This document shows, in pieces, positions 18,418 through 29,737 of a stretch of 64,000 bases of DNA. Numbering within the stretch: position 1 is the first letter of the stretch; each line of letters opens with the position of its first letter. Below the pieces are notes generated by a model. The model did not search any database and was not told where the DNA came from. It worked only from the letters and a program-made list of their open reading frames with translations. A program made the translations under genes and the position numbers. This DNA comes from Deltaproteobacteria bacterium (GTDB lineage: Bacteria; Myxococcota_A; Polyangia; Nannocystales; Nannocystaceae): the NCBI GenBank assembly GCA_016712475.1, contig JADJRA010000001.1, positions 1,669,414 through 1,733,413 on the forward strand. Reading direction: 5' to 3'.

Positions 18418-19834
18418 CGCCACGCCCCATCGCGACGTCGGCGGCGGCACGAACCATCGAGGTTGCCGCCGCGGGCTCGGGCGCGTGCGGTGCCTCCGTA
18501 TCCTCGGGCATGTGCGGCCCGTGACGCACCTTCTCGTTCACCACCACCAGCCACAGGGCGAAGAGCGCCAGATAGATCACCGCGAACATCACCAGCGACA
18601 CCATCACCTGGTCGGCATCCACGGCGACGGAGTTGGCATCGCGCGTCCGCAGCAGTCCGTACACCACCCACGGCTGGCGACCGACCTCGGCGGCGACCCA
18701 GCCGCCCTCGTTGGCGGCGTAGGGGCCGAGCACCGCGAGCACGAAGATCCACAACAGCCACCGCTGCTGCCACAGCACACCGCGCCACCACAGCACGCAC
18801 GCCAGCGACGTGAGGCCGATGAACGCGGTGCCGAGCATCGCCATGACGTGGTACGCGAGAAACGGGATCACGACCGGCGGGCGCTCGTCCTCGGGCACGC
18901 GATCGAGCCCGGCGACCGGCGTGTCGAAATCCTCGTGGATGAGGAAGCTGAGCATGCCGGGGATCGCGATGCCGCCGCGGACCCGCTGTGCGTCGACATC
19001 GGGCCAGCCGACGAGGTACATCGGCGCACCGCCTTCGCCGGTCACGAAGTGGCCCTCGAAGGCGGCGAGCTTCGCGGGCTGGTGGCGCGCGACCATGTTG
19101 GCCTGGGCGTGCCCGGACACCAGCTCGCCCCACGACGCCAGCGTGGCGATGACGAGCCCGATCGCGAAGCTGCGCCGGGCGAAGCCGACGTGGCGCCCCC
19201 GCAGCAGGTACCACGCGCTGATGCTCATCACGAAGAAGCCACCCAGGATGAACGCGCCCAGCAGCACGTGATTGAGCCGGTGAACGGTCGAGGGATTGAA
19301 GACCATCGCCCAGAAGTCGGTCACCTCGACGCGCGCGGCGCCATCGTGCACCACGAGGCGGTGCCCGGCCGGCGTCTGCTGCCACGAGTTGGCGATGATG
19401 ATCCACACCGCGGAGAACGTGCTGCCGAGGAACACCATCACGGTCGCGAAGAAGTGCATGCGCCGCGACACGCGGTCCCAGCCGAACACCAGCACCGCGA
19501 GGAAGCCCGACTCGAGGAAGAACGCGAAGATGCCCTCGGCCGCCAGCGCCGAGCCGAACACATCGCCGACGAAGCGCGAGTAGGTGGCCCAGTTGGTGCC
19601 GAACTGGAACTCCATCACGATGCCGCTGGCGACCCCGACCGCGAAATTGACGGCGAAGATGCGGGTCCAGAAGCGAGCCATCGCCTCGTATGCGGCGTCG
19701 CCGGTGCGCAGCGCAAAGCCCTCGATCACGACCATCACCAGCCCCAAGCCGATCGAGAGCGGCGGGAACAGGTAGTGGAACATGATCGTGAACGCGAACT
19801 GGATCCGCGACAGCAGGACGACGTCGAGATCCAC
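18389..19834 (-). CDS. cydA: cytochrome bd-type quinol oxidase subunit I
   Basis: Conserved CydA N-terminus ..[28 protein letters not shown].., Q-loop region and 9 TM. Start GTG with a GAGGTG RBS about 6 nt upstream. No cydB follows. Confidence 0.9.
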   Translation of the reverse strand: MDLDVVLLSRIQFAFTIMFHYLFPPLSIGLGLVMVVIEGFALRTGDAAYEAMARFWTRIFAVNFAVGVASGIVMEFQFGTNWATYSRFVGDVFGSALAAEGIFAFFLESGFLAVLVFGWDRVSRRMHFFATVMVFLGSTFSAVWIIIANSWQQTPAGHRLVVHDGAARVEVTDFWAMVFNPSTVHRLNHVLLGAFILGGFFVMSISAWYLLRGRHVGFARRSFAIGLVIATLASWGELVSGHAQANMVARHQPAKLAAFEGHFVTGEGGAPMYLVGWPDVDAQRVRGGIAIPGMLSFLIHEDFDTPVAGLDRVPEDERPPVVIPFLAYHVMAMLGTAFIGLTSLACVLWWRGVLWQQRWLLWIFVLAVLGPYAANEGGWVAAEVGRQPWVVYGLLRTRDANSVAVDADQVMVSLVMFAVIYLALFALWLVVVNEKVRHGPHMPEDTEAPHAPEPAAATSMVRAAADVAMGRGGESLADGDR

Positions 19835-19844
19835 CGCGATCACC

Positions 19845-20909
19845 TCACTTGTCGAACAGACCGTCGAGGTCCTCGCGCCGCGCACCCTTGGCGTCGCAGA
19901 CCGCGAACTGGCCCCCGGGATAGAGCGCCGCGCCGCCGTAGCGACCGCCGCGATCGACCGCGTAGAAGTTGACGTTGAAGTCGGGCCGCCCATCCGCCCG
20001 CAGCAATCGCTTGGCGCGGGTGGTCTCGACGATGCGCTTGCATGCGGCCATGCACGCGTCCTTGGGGTGCTTGCCCGCGCGGATGAACTCGACCACCGTG
20101 TGACTGCCGGCGCTGACGATGTTGGCCTCGCCACGCCCGGTGCTGCCGGCCGCGCCGACGAGGTTGTCGACGAACAGACCCGCGCCGATGAGCGGCGAGT
20201 CGCCGACGCGACCGGGGATCTTGAACGCGAGTCCGCTGGTGGTGGTGACACCGCCGAGGTCGCCGTTGCGATCGACGCCGCAGCAGTTGATGGTGCCGGT
20301 GATGCCGAAGTGCGCCTTGACGTCGGCGGGCACGTCCTTGCCGGTCTTGGGCAGCCAGTCGTCGCGATCGGACAGCGTCGACTTCCAGTACAGCCAGATC
20401 TCGCGCGCCTCGGGCGTGAGCAGCTCCTGCTCGACGAAGCCGTGGGCGTTGGCGAACGCGCGCGCGCCCTCGCCCGACAGCAGCACGTGATCGGTGTAGC
20501 GCAGCACCGCCAGTGCGACCTGGCTGGGGTTCTTGATCCGTCGCAGCGAGCACACCGCGCCCGCCAGACCGCTCGGTCCATCCATGACCGAGGCGTCGAG
20601 CTCGACCTCGCCGTCTTCGTTGGGCAGACCGCCGAGGCCGACGCTGTGATCGTTGGGATCGTCCTCCACCAGCGTCACGCCCTTCACCACCGCGTCGACC
20701 ACCGGTGCACCGTCGAGGATCGCCTTCATCGCGGTCTCGACGCAGGCGGGATGACCGTTGGCGGAGGCGACCACGACCGGGTGCTTGGGCTTGCGCAGCA
20801 CCGCCGGCGCGGCCGCACTGGCGCCGCGGCTGGGCGGCGCCATCAGGCAGCCGGAGCCGAGCACCATCGACGATCGGAGCAGGAAACCGCGGCGTCGCAA
20901 TCGGGGCAT
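19845..20909 (-). CDS. iaaA: isoaspartyl peptidase / L-asparaginase (Ntn-hydrolase, Asparaginase_2 family) with Tat signal
   Basis: Motifs [32 protein letters not shown]-terminus [21 protein letters not shown] has a twin-arginine (RRxFL) signal. Ends 10 nt before the cydA start. Confidence 0.85.
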   Translation of the reverse strand: MPRLRRRGFLLRSSMVLGSGCLMAPPSRGASAAAPAVLRKPKHPVVVASANGHPACVETAMKAILDGAPVVDAVVKGVTLVEDDPNDHSVGLGGLPNEDGEVELDASVMDGPSGLAGAVCSLRRIKNPSQVALAVLRYTDHVLLSGEGARAFANAHGFVEQELLTPEAREIWLYWKSTLSDRDDWLPKTGKDVPADVKAHFGITGTINCCGVDRNGDLGGVTTTSGLAFKIPGRVGDSPLIGAGLFVDNLVGAAGSTGRGEANIVSAGSHTVVEFIRAGKHPKDACMAACKRIVETTRAKRLLRADGRPDFNVNFYAVDRGGRYGGAALYPGGQFAVCDAKGARREDLDGLFDK

Positions 20910-20940
20910 GGACACCCGCGAGCGTGCCAGAAAATCCGGG

Positions 20941-23865
<2,925 letters not shown>

Positions 23866-24129
23866 TGGACGGGCTCGAACGGCCCCCGGGAGGGCGACGC
23901 AGCGCCCCGCCGGTACCCGATCGAATGGCCAGTCTATCAGTCGCCCCCACCGACGTCGGCGGCCCGGCCGCTCGTGGGGGCCCTGGCCGTCGACTTGCTC
24001 CGCACGCTCGCCACCCCCATCACGACCACGAAATCGCCAACCATCGACACCCCTGCGGGGTCCGGCCTACCCTCGCGCGCCGAGGCCGCGGCGACGCACG
24101 TCCCTTCCCACGGCAGAAGAGGTTCGACC

Positions 24130-25326
24130 ATGCTTGCGAAGTTTCTGACGCGCTCTGTTTTCTCGTGCATCGGGCTCACGCTCGTTGCGTCCGGTTGTGA
24201 AAAGCAGCAGACCACCCCGCCGCCGAGCGATCCGGTCGCGACCGCGCCGGCCAAGCCACCGGCGAAGCCGATCCCCGATGGCTTCTTCACGCTGACGCCG
24301 CAGCTGACCGTCAACGATGTCGACGCCGCGATCGCGTTCTACACCACCGCGCTCGGCGCCCAGAAGCTGTTCACACTGCCCGGCGCCGACGGCAAGACGA
24401 TGCACGGCGAGATCAAGATCGGCGACTCGATCGTGATGATCGACGCCGAGAACCCGCAGGGCAAGTCGCCGCTGACGCTCGGCGGCACGCCGGCGACGCT
24501 CATGGTCTATGTCGAGAAGGTCGACGAGACCTACGCGGCCGCGCTCGCAGCCGGCGCGAAGCAGGAGCAGCCGGTGCAGGATCAGTTCTGGGGCGATCGC
24601 TACGGCGAGCTCAGCGATCCGTTCGGACACCGCTGGGCGCTCGCGACCCACGTCGAGGACCTGACGCCCGAGCAGATGCAGCAGCGCAGCGCCCTGGTGA
24701 TGGCCGAGATGGCGCCGCCGGCCAAGGGCAAGAAGAAGAAGAAGGCCAAGAAGGGCGCGCCGCCGGTGTGGAAGGCGGTCGCAGGCACGCCCGCGACGCA
24801 AGCCGTGCCCGCGCCGTACCACACCGTGACCGTGGCCTACACCCTCGACAACGCTGCGGCCGCGATCGAGTTCTACAAGACCGCCCTGGGTGCACAGGAG
24901 CGCGATCGCATGGCGATGCCCGACGGTCGCATCATGCACGCCGAGATCTCCATCGGTGACTCGTTCCTCATGCTCTCCGACGAGATGCCGGGCATGTCGA
25001 AGTCGGCCAAGACCCTCGCGGGCTCGCCGGTGGCGCTGATGCTCTACACGCCCGACGTCGACGCCGCGATGACGACCGCGACCGGTGCCGGTGGCACCGC
25101 GGTGATGCCGGTCAGCGACATGTTCTGGGGCGATCGCTACGGCGCGATCGTGGATGTCGCGGGCTACCTGTGGGGCATCGCCACGCACAAGGAAGACCTG
25201 ACGCCCGAGGAGATCGCCGAGCGGGCCAAGGCAGCGATGCCGCCGGCCGCAGCCGAGACCGCGCCCGCGCCCGCGGCTGCGCCCGCCGGGGCCGAGACCG
25301 CCGCCGCGCCGACGCCCGCGAGCTGA
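24130..25326 (+). CDS. lipoprotein with two tandem VOC (glyoxalase/bleomycin-resistance/PhnB-like) domains
   Basis: Lipobox LTLVASGC. Two repeats of ..DAAIAFY..ALGA...M.DG.I.HAE..IGDS..M..D...G.. joined by a KGKKKKKAKKG linker. Real start is the ATG at 24130 inside the 20758..25326 track ORF. Confidence 0.8.
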   Translation: MLAKFLTRSVFSCIGLTLVASGCEKQQTTPPPSDPVATAPAKPPAKPIPDGFFTLTPQLTVNDVDAAIAFYTTALGAQKLFTLPGADGKTMHGEIKIGDSIVMIDAENPQGKSPLTLGGTPATLMVYVEKVDETYAAALAAGAKQEQPVQDQFWGDRYGELSDPFGHRWALATHVEDLTPEQMQQRSALVMAEMAPPAKGKKKKKAKKGAPPVWKAVAGTPATQAVPAPYHTVTVAYTLDNAAAAIEFYKTALGAQERDRMAMPDGRIMHAEISIGDSFLMLSDEMPGMSKSAKTLAGSPVALMLYTPDVDAAMTTATGAGGTAVMPVSDMFWGDRYGAIVDVAGYLWGIATHKEDLTPEEIAERAKAAMPPAAAETAPAPAAAPAGAETAAAPTPAS

Positions 25327-25477
25327 GCCCTCTCGAACTGTTCGCACGACGCCCGTGCAACTTGCCCAAGGCCCGCGTGATCCCGAGTCGATCGCGCGGG
25401 CCTTCGCGGGTGGCAGCGGAGCACGATCGCAGGAAGATCGCGTGCGGACTCCGTACCCGTGATTCGGGGCACACCGG

Positions 25478-26953
25478 TTGCAGTCCAGTGCGTCCATGCG
25501 GAAGCGATCGATCGTGGAGACCCTGTGGTGCGCATGCCTGGGACTCGTCGCGGCGGCCGGCTGCAGCGCGGCGAGCTTGCAGGGCGACGACCACGGCGGC
25601 GCGTGCCGATCGCCGGCAGGCTGCTTCGGTGACGACGCCGGCACCAGCGGTGCGAGCGGCTGGGATCCCGCCGACGACAGCAGCGACGGCAGTGGAGCCG
25701 CAACCGGCGGCGACGAGGCGACCTCGTCCGAGCCACCACGAGGGCCGCAGCTGCCGTGCGACGTCGCGGCCGCGCTGTCGCGGGCGTGCGGCGAGTGCCA
25801 CGGCGACACGCCGGCCTACGGCGCCCCGATGTCGCTGGTGGACTTCGATGACCTGCACGTGCCCGCGCCGACCGACCCCACCCGCTCGGTGTTCGATCTC
25901 GTCGGCGAGCGCATCACCGCCGACACGAAGATGATGCCACCCGACGACGACATCACCGACGCCGAGCGGGCCGCGTTGTTGTCGTGGATCGAGGCCGGCG
26001 CACCGGCGGATCCCGACGCCCAGTGCGGCGATCTCCCGCCGCCCGACGATGGCCCCGACGTCGGCCCCGAGGCGCTGCCGTGCGAGACCAACTTCGAGGT
26101 GCGTGCACACGCGCCCGGCGGCCAGGGTGGCTTCCAGGTGCCAGCGCAGGGCGCCGACGATCTCTACCAGTGCTTCGCCTTCAAGGCGCCGTTCACCGAG
26201 CCTCGGCAGGCGGTCGCGTGGGCCCCGATCATCGACGACGAGCGCGTCGTGCACCACTGGATCCTCTACCGCACGCCGTCACCGCAGGAGGACGGCGGTG
26301 TGTTCCCCTGCGATGTCTCGCTGCAGGTCTCGGCGGAGTTCGTCGCGGGCTGGGCCCCCGGTGGTGGCAACGTGCTGATGCCCGAGGGCGTCGGCCTCGA
26401 GCTCGGCGATCCCAACGACTGGTACGTGCTGCAGGTCCACTACCACAACACCGCGCACCACCAGGACGCCGTCGACGCCAGCGGCGTGGCCTTCTGCATG
26501 CCGGACGAGCCGCGCCCGCAGACCGCCGGCGTGCTCACCCTCGGCACCACGAGTCTGAACATCCCCGCCGGCGCGGTTGCCCACGAGGAGACCGGCAACT
26601 GTGGCGGGCTGCTGACGCTGTTCTGGCCCGGCGACCTGCACATCATCGGGAGCTCACCGCACATGCACGAGCTCGGCCGTGGCTTCCACACCGAGCTGGT
26701 GCGCGCCGGCGGCGTCACCGAGGTCGTCACGGACGTGCCGGTGTTCAACTTCGAGAGCCAGGGCATGTACTTCAACGCGCCCGAGATCGTGGTGCACCCC
26801 GGCGAGTCCCTGCGCACTACCTGCGTCTTCGACAACCCCGGCGCCGAGATGGTGCACTTCGGTGAAGGCACCACCGACGAGATGTGCTTCAACTTCGTGC
26901 TCGCCTACCCCATCCAGCAGCTCAACAATCGCAACTGCGGGATCGTGTTCTAG
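25478..26953 (+). CDS. secreted protein: N-terminal CxxCH module fused to a copper type II monooxygenase-like (PHM/DBH-like) domain
   Basis: Lipobox LGLVAAAGC. CGECHGD heme-c-type motif near the N-terminus. HHWILY, HYHN, HMHELG and DEMCFNF are spaced like the CuH (H,H..H) and CuM (HxH..M) ligand sets of PHM/DBH. Fold assignment is inference. Confidence 0.6.
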   Translation: MQSSASMRKRSIVETLWCACLGLVAAAGCSAASLQGDDHGGACRSPAGCFGDDAGTSGASGWDPADDSSDGSGAATGGDEATSSEPPRGPQLPCDVAAALSRACGECHGDTPAYGAPMSLVDFDDLHVPAPTDPTRSVFDLVGERITADTKMMPPDDDITDAERAALLSWIEAGAPADPDAQCGDLPPPDDGPDVGPEALPCETNFEVRAHAPGGQGGFQVPAQGADDLYQCFAFKAPFTEPRQAVAWAPIIDDERVVHHWILYRTPSPQEDGGVFPCDVSLQVSAEFVAGWAPGGGNVLMPEGVGLELGDPNDWYVLQVHYHNTAHHQDAVDASGVAFCMPDEPRPQTAGVLTLGTTSLNIPAGAVAHEETGNCGGLLTLFWPGDLHIIGSSPHMHELGRGFHTELVRAGGVTEVVTDVPVFNFESQGMYFNAPEIVVHPGESLRTTCVFDNPGAEMVHFGEGTTDEMCFNFVLAYPIQQLNNRNCGIVF

Positions 26954-27116
26954 TACCTCGACACAGCGATAGTGATGGGTCAGAACGCCGTCATGGCCGC
27001 GACTCCGCAAGGCGCCGTGCCGCCGGAATACCGGGCGTATTTCAAGGTGCGGCAACGCAGCGAGGCGCGGTCAGGGCGGTGTTATGGCCCGTCACTATCG
27101 CTGTGTCGAGGTACTA
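26950..27116. repeat. MITE-like element: 167 bp bounded by 26-bp perfect inverted repeats
   Basis: Left arm CTAGTACCTCGACACAGCGATAGTGA (about 26950-26975) is the exact reverse complement of the right arm (about 27091-27116). The arms are less GC-rich (about 54%) than the genome. The outer CTAG of each arm supplies the stop codon of a convergent flanking gene. Confidence 0.6.
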
Positions 27117-27734
27117 GCCGGGTGCGGTGTTGCGGCGCAGCGGCTCGGGCAGCCACGCGTCGAGCATGCTGTGCGGCGGATCGCCCAGCGGTGTCAGCAG
27201 CAACGGGGTCCGTCGCGTCGCGATCGGCGAGGCCAGTGTGGTCTCGCCGAGCGCGAGCTCGATCCGCTTGGCGGCGCCGGCGACCAGCTCGGCGCCGCTG
27301 GGCAGCCGCGCCGGGCGACCACGCACCGCCAGCACACACTCGATCGCCACGATGATCCGCGAGCGCTCCGAGACGGGCCACGCGCTGGGATCGTGCTCGC
27401 CCCACGGCACGAGCGCGTCCTCGATGAGCGGCAGTCGTCGCGTGACCTCCAGCTGCAGTGACTCGCCCGGTGGCAGAGCGCAGGCGGTCGGCCACACCGG
27501 CATCGCCGTCGCCGCGGCCCACGGCGCGGGCCGAAAGCGCCCTGCGCCCACGACGATGCAATCGTCGCCACCGTGCTGGCAGTGCCACCAAGCCCGAGTG
27601 CCGGTGGGATCGAGCAGCATGGGATGGATCGGCGCACGCGTGTCGTTGTGCAGCACGATCGCGAGTTCGAGGCGATCACCGCGCACGCGTGCGTCGACCC
27701 GGAGCGGCACCGAGGTTGCGACGACGATCGTCAT
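27114..27734 (-). CDS. hypothetical protein (206 aa), candidate second immunity/accessory protein
   Basis: Start overlaps the stop of the upstream gene (ATGA). Composition is coding-like. Confidence 0.5.
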   Translation of the reverse strand: MTIVVATSVPLRVDARVRGDRLELAIVLHNDTRAPIHPMLLDPTGTRAWWHCQHGGDDCIVVGAGRFRPAPWAAATAMPVWPTACALPPGESLQLEVTRRLPLIEDALVPWGEHDPSAWPVSERSRIIVAIECVLAVRGRPARLPSGAELVAGAAKRIELALGETTLASPIATRRTPLLLTPLGDPPHSMLDAWLPEPLRRNTAPG

Positions 27735-28330
27735 GGACTCCGCGACCGCAGTCGACGCAGCTCAACCGGCAAGAGATGATCGACGGTGCTCATGATCCCG
27801 CGCGGCAGCGGATCGGGAAGCACCGCGCGCGCGATCGTGCTGGGCGCGGGCAGCTCGGCCCACGCCCACGCGGCGATCACCGGCTCGACCAGCCCGATGC
27901 CATGGCTGTCGGTGCGCGCGTCGTGGGTGGCCGCGACCGCAGCGACCGGCACGACCTGCACGCCGGCCAGCACCCGCAACACCGGCACGCGCTCGACTTC
28001 GAGGGCGGCGGCGCGGGCGATGGCGGTCTCGGTGAGGCGACGCCCGAGCGAGAGCGTGCGCTGCCAGCCGCGCTCGGGATCGATGCGTTCGCCGCGGGGC
28101 AGGATCGGCGCCGCCGACAGCAAGCCGTCCGGCACGCGCACCTGACCGAACCACACCAGGGCGCCATCGTTGCCGATCGACTGCACAACCGGACGCGCGC
28201 GGGGGCCTTGGCAGTCGCGAACCAACGCGAAGCAGCTGTCCTCGATCCGCAGCCGCAGGCTCAGCCGCAGCTCGCCGCGATCGATCGCGATCGCAGCGTC
28301 GAGTCGGTGGCGAGGGCTGGCTGCGTTCAT
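27731..28330 (-). CDS. hypothetical protein (199 aa), candidate immunity protein
   Basis: Begins 13 nt after the toxin gene stop, same strand. No motif recognised. Confidence 0.5.
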   Translation of the reverse strand: MNAASPRHRLDAAIAIDRGELRLSLRLRIEDSCFALVRDCQGPRARPVVQSIGNDGALVWFGQVRVPDGLLSAAPILPRGERIDPERGWQRTLSLGRRLTETAIARAAALEVERVPVLRVLAGVQVVPVAAVAATHDARTDSHGIGLVEPVIAAWAWAELPAPSTIARAVLPDPLPRGIMSTVDHLLPVELRRLRSRSP

Positions 28331-28343
28331 GGCTCGCGCTCGC

Positions 28344-29735
28344 TCACGGGAACGGCGACGTATAGGTGGTGCGGGTCGGCAGGCCGGTCTCGGTGCGGTA
28401 GCTGTTCTCGGCGGCGACCGTCGAGTACTCCTCGTGGTTCACCCACCGGCTGTCCCAGCCATGCTCGGAGTTGGTCGCGAGCTGGCGACTCGCACCCTCG
28501 GAGTGGTTCGCCGCGTGGTTCATCTCGTGGAAGAGAATCGCGTCCGAGCTGGTGCCCGGCGCGGGATGGGCGTGGCCGCCGGCGGCCCACGGATTGGCGG
28601 GGTGGTTGGCCCAGTTCGAGGGCATGTGCTCGACGGTGGTCGGCGCCCCCGGCATGCGCAGGCCCGTCGGCGTGTCCATGAACGCGTCCCAGTTGCCGTG
28701 ATGATCGGCGACGGCGTTGAGCGGGCCGTTCGCGCCGTGGTACGGCACGATCGTCACCGGCTTGCCCGCGCGTTCGATCCGCTCGAGCGCCTCGCGACCG
28801 GCCCGCGTCCGCGCCATGCGTTCGAGATCGCGGGTGACATCGTCGGCCCAGCCGGTCGGCGCACCGTGGGGGCTCACGTGCACGTGCTGCAAGTTGCGCA
28901 CGTAGCGAGCCGCGGTCAGGCGCCGGAACACCGAGCCGCCCACGCGGAACAACGCCTTGAAGCCCTGGGCGATCGCGAGGCTGAACAGCGACGGGAACGG
29001 GATACCGCCGACCACCACGTTCGCCGAGCCCGGGCCGACCGTGGTGCCGATCATCGGCCCCATCGGCGGATCGCTGGGCTTCGGCGACGAGAAGGTGCAG
29101 TGCTTGGTGATGTCGACCGCGAGCCGAGCCGCGCGCGCGCCCTCGATCCACACCGACGACGAGCCCAGGAAGATCTCGAACATCGGGAAGTAGCCACCGC
29201 ACCAGATGCCGAGGCCCATGTCGCCGCAGCGGGCGGCCGCGCGAGCGTTGACCATCACCGTCGAAGCGCCCGAGAGGATCGGAATCGGGATGATCGGGCC
29301 CATGCTCGGCAGCGGGATCGGCACGGGATTGGGCGGCGTCAGGTTCGGCGGGTGGTTGTGCGCGTGGGGTAGCCCGACGTCGAGGTCCCACATGCGCAAC
29401 GCCGGGAACGCAGGGAACGCAGGCAGGCCGAGCGCGTCGGCGATCTGGCCCATGGTCTGGGTGATCGCCATCTCGACGTGGATCGCCGCCTGCACGCCCG
29501 CGGCCAGGGTCGCGAGCACACCACCGCCACCGCCGGCGTGACCATCGGCGCCCGCCGGGCCACCGGCCTCGCCGCCGCCGGAATCGGCGTGGCCCGACGC
29601 GCGGCCGGCCGCAGCGACCGTGACCCCGCCGGCACCCGATCGACCGGCGTTGACCGTCGCGCGCTCGCCCCACTGCGAGTACAGCTCGGCGGCACGCGAG
29701 AAGCGGATGTTCGACAGATGATCGAGCACGCCCAT
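28344..29735 (-). CDS. PAAR-like (DUF4150-type) protein with C-terminal HExxH metallopeptidase-like toxin domain
   Basis: Real start MGVLDHLS at 29735 inside ORF 28344..30353. Repeats GASTVMVNARAAARCGDMG and GSSSVWIEGARAARLAVDITKHC match the PAAR consensus (G..V.ING.PAAR.GD..HC). Pro-rich LPHAHNHPPNLTPPNPVPIPLP segment. C-terminal ILFHEMNHAANH gives an HExxH motif. Confidence 0.7.
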   Translation of the reverse strand: MGVLDHLSNIRFSRAAELYSQWGERATVNAGRSGAGGVTVAAAGRASGHADSGGGEAGGPAGADGHAGGGGGVLATLAAGVQAAIHVEMAITQTMGQIADALGLPAFPAFPALRMWDLDVGLPHAHNHPPNLTPPNPVPIPLPSMGPIIPIPILSGASTVMVNARAAARCGDMGLGIWCGGYFPMFEIFLGSSSVWIEGARAARLAVDITKHCTFSSPKPSDPPMGPMIGTTVGPGSANVVVGGIPFPSLFSLAIAQGFKALFRVGGSVFRRLTAARYVRNLQHVHVSPHGAPTGWADDVTRDLERMARTRAGREALERIERAGKPVTIVPYHGANGPLNAVADHHGNWDAFMDTPTGLRMPGAPTTVEHMPSNWANHPANPWAAGGHAHPAPGTSSDAILFHEMNHAANHSEGASRQLATNSEHGWDSRWVNHEEYSTVAAENSYRTETGLPTRTTYTSPFP

Positions 29736-29737
29736 GG

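Noticed and set aside
17230-19972. Plus-strand ORFs 17230..18294 and 17867..19972 opposite cydA and the Cys-rich lipoprotein
   Set aside because: cydA on the minus strand has unmistakable conserved motifs. The plus-strand products are low-complexity Arg/Asp-rich.
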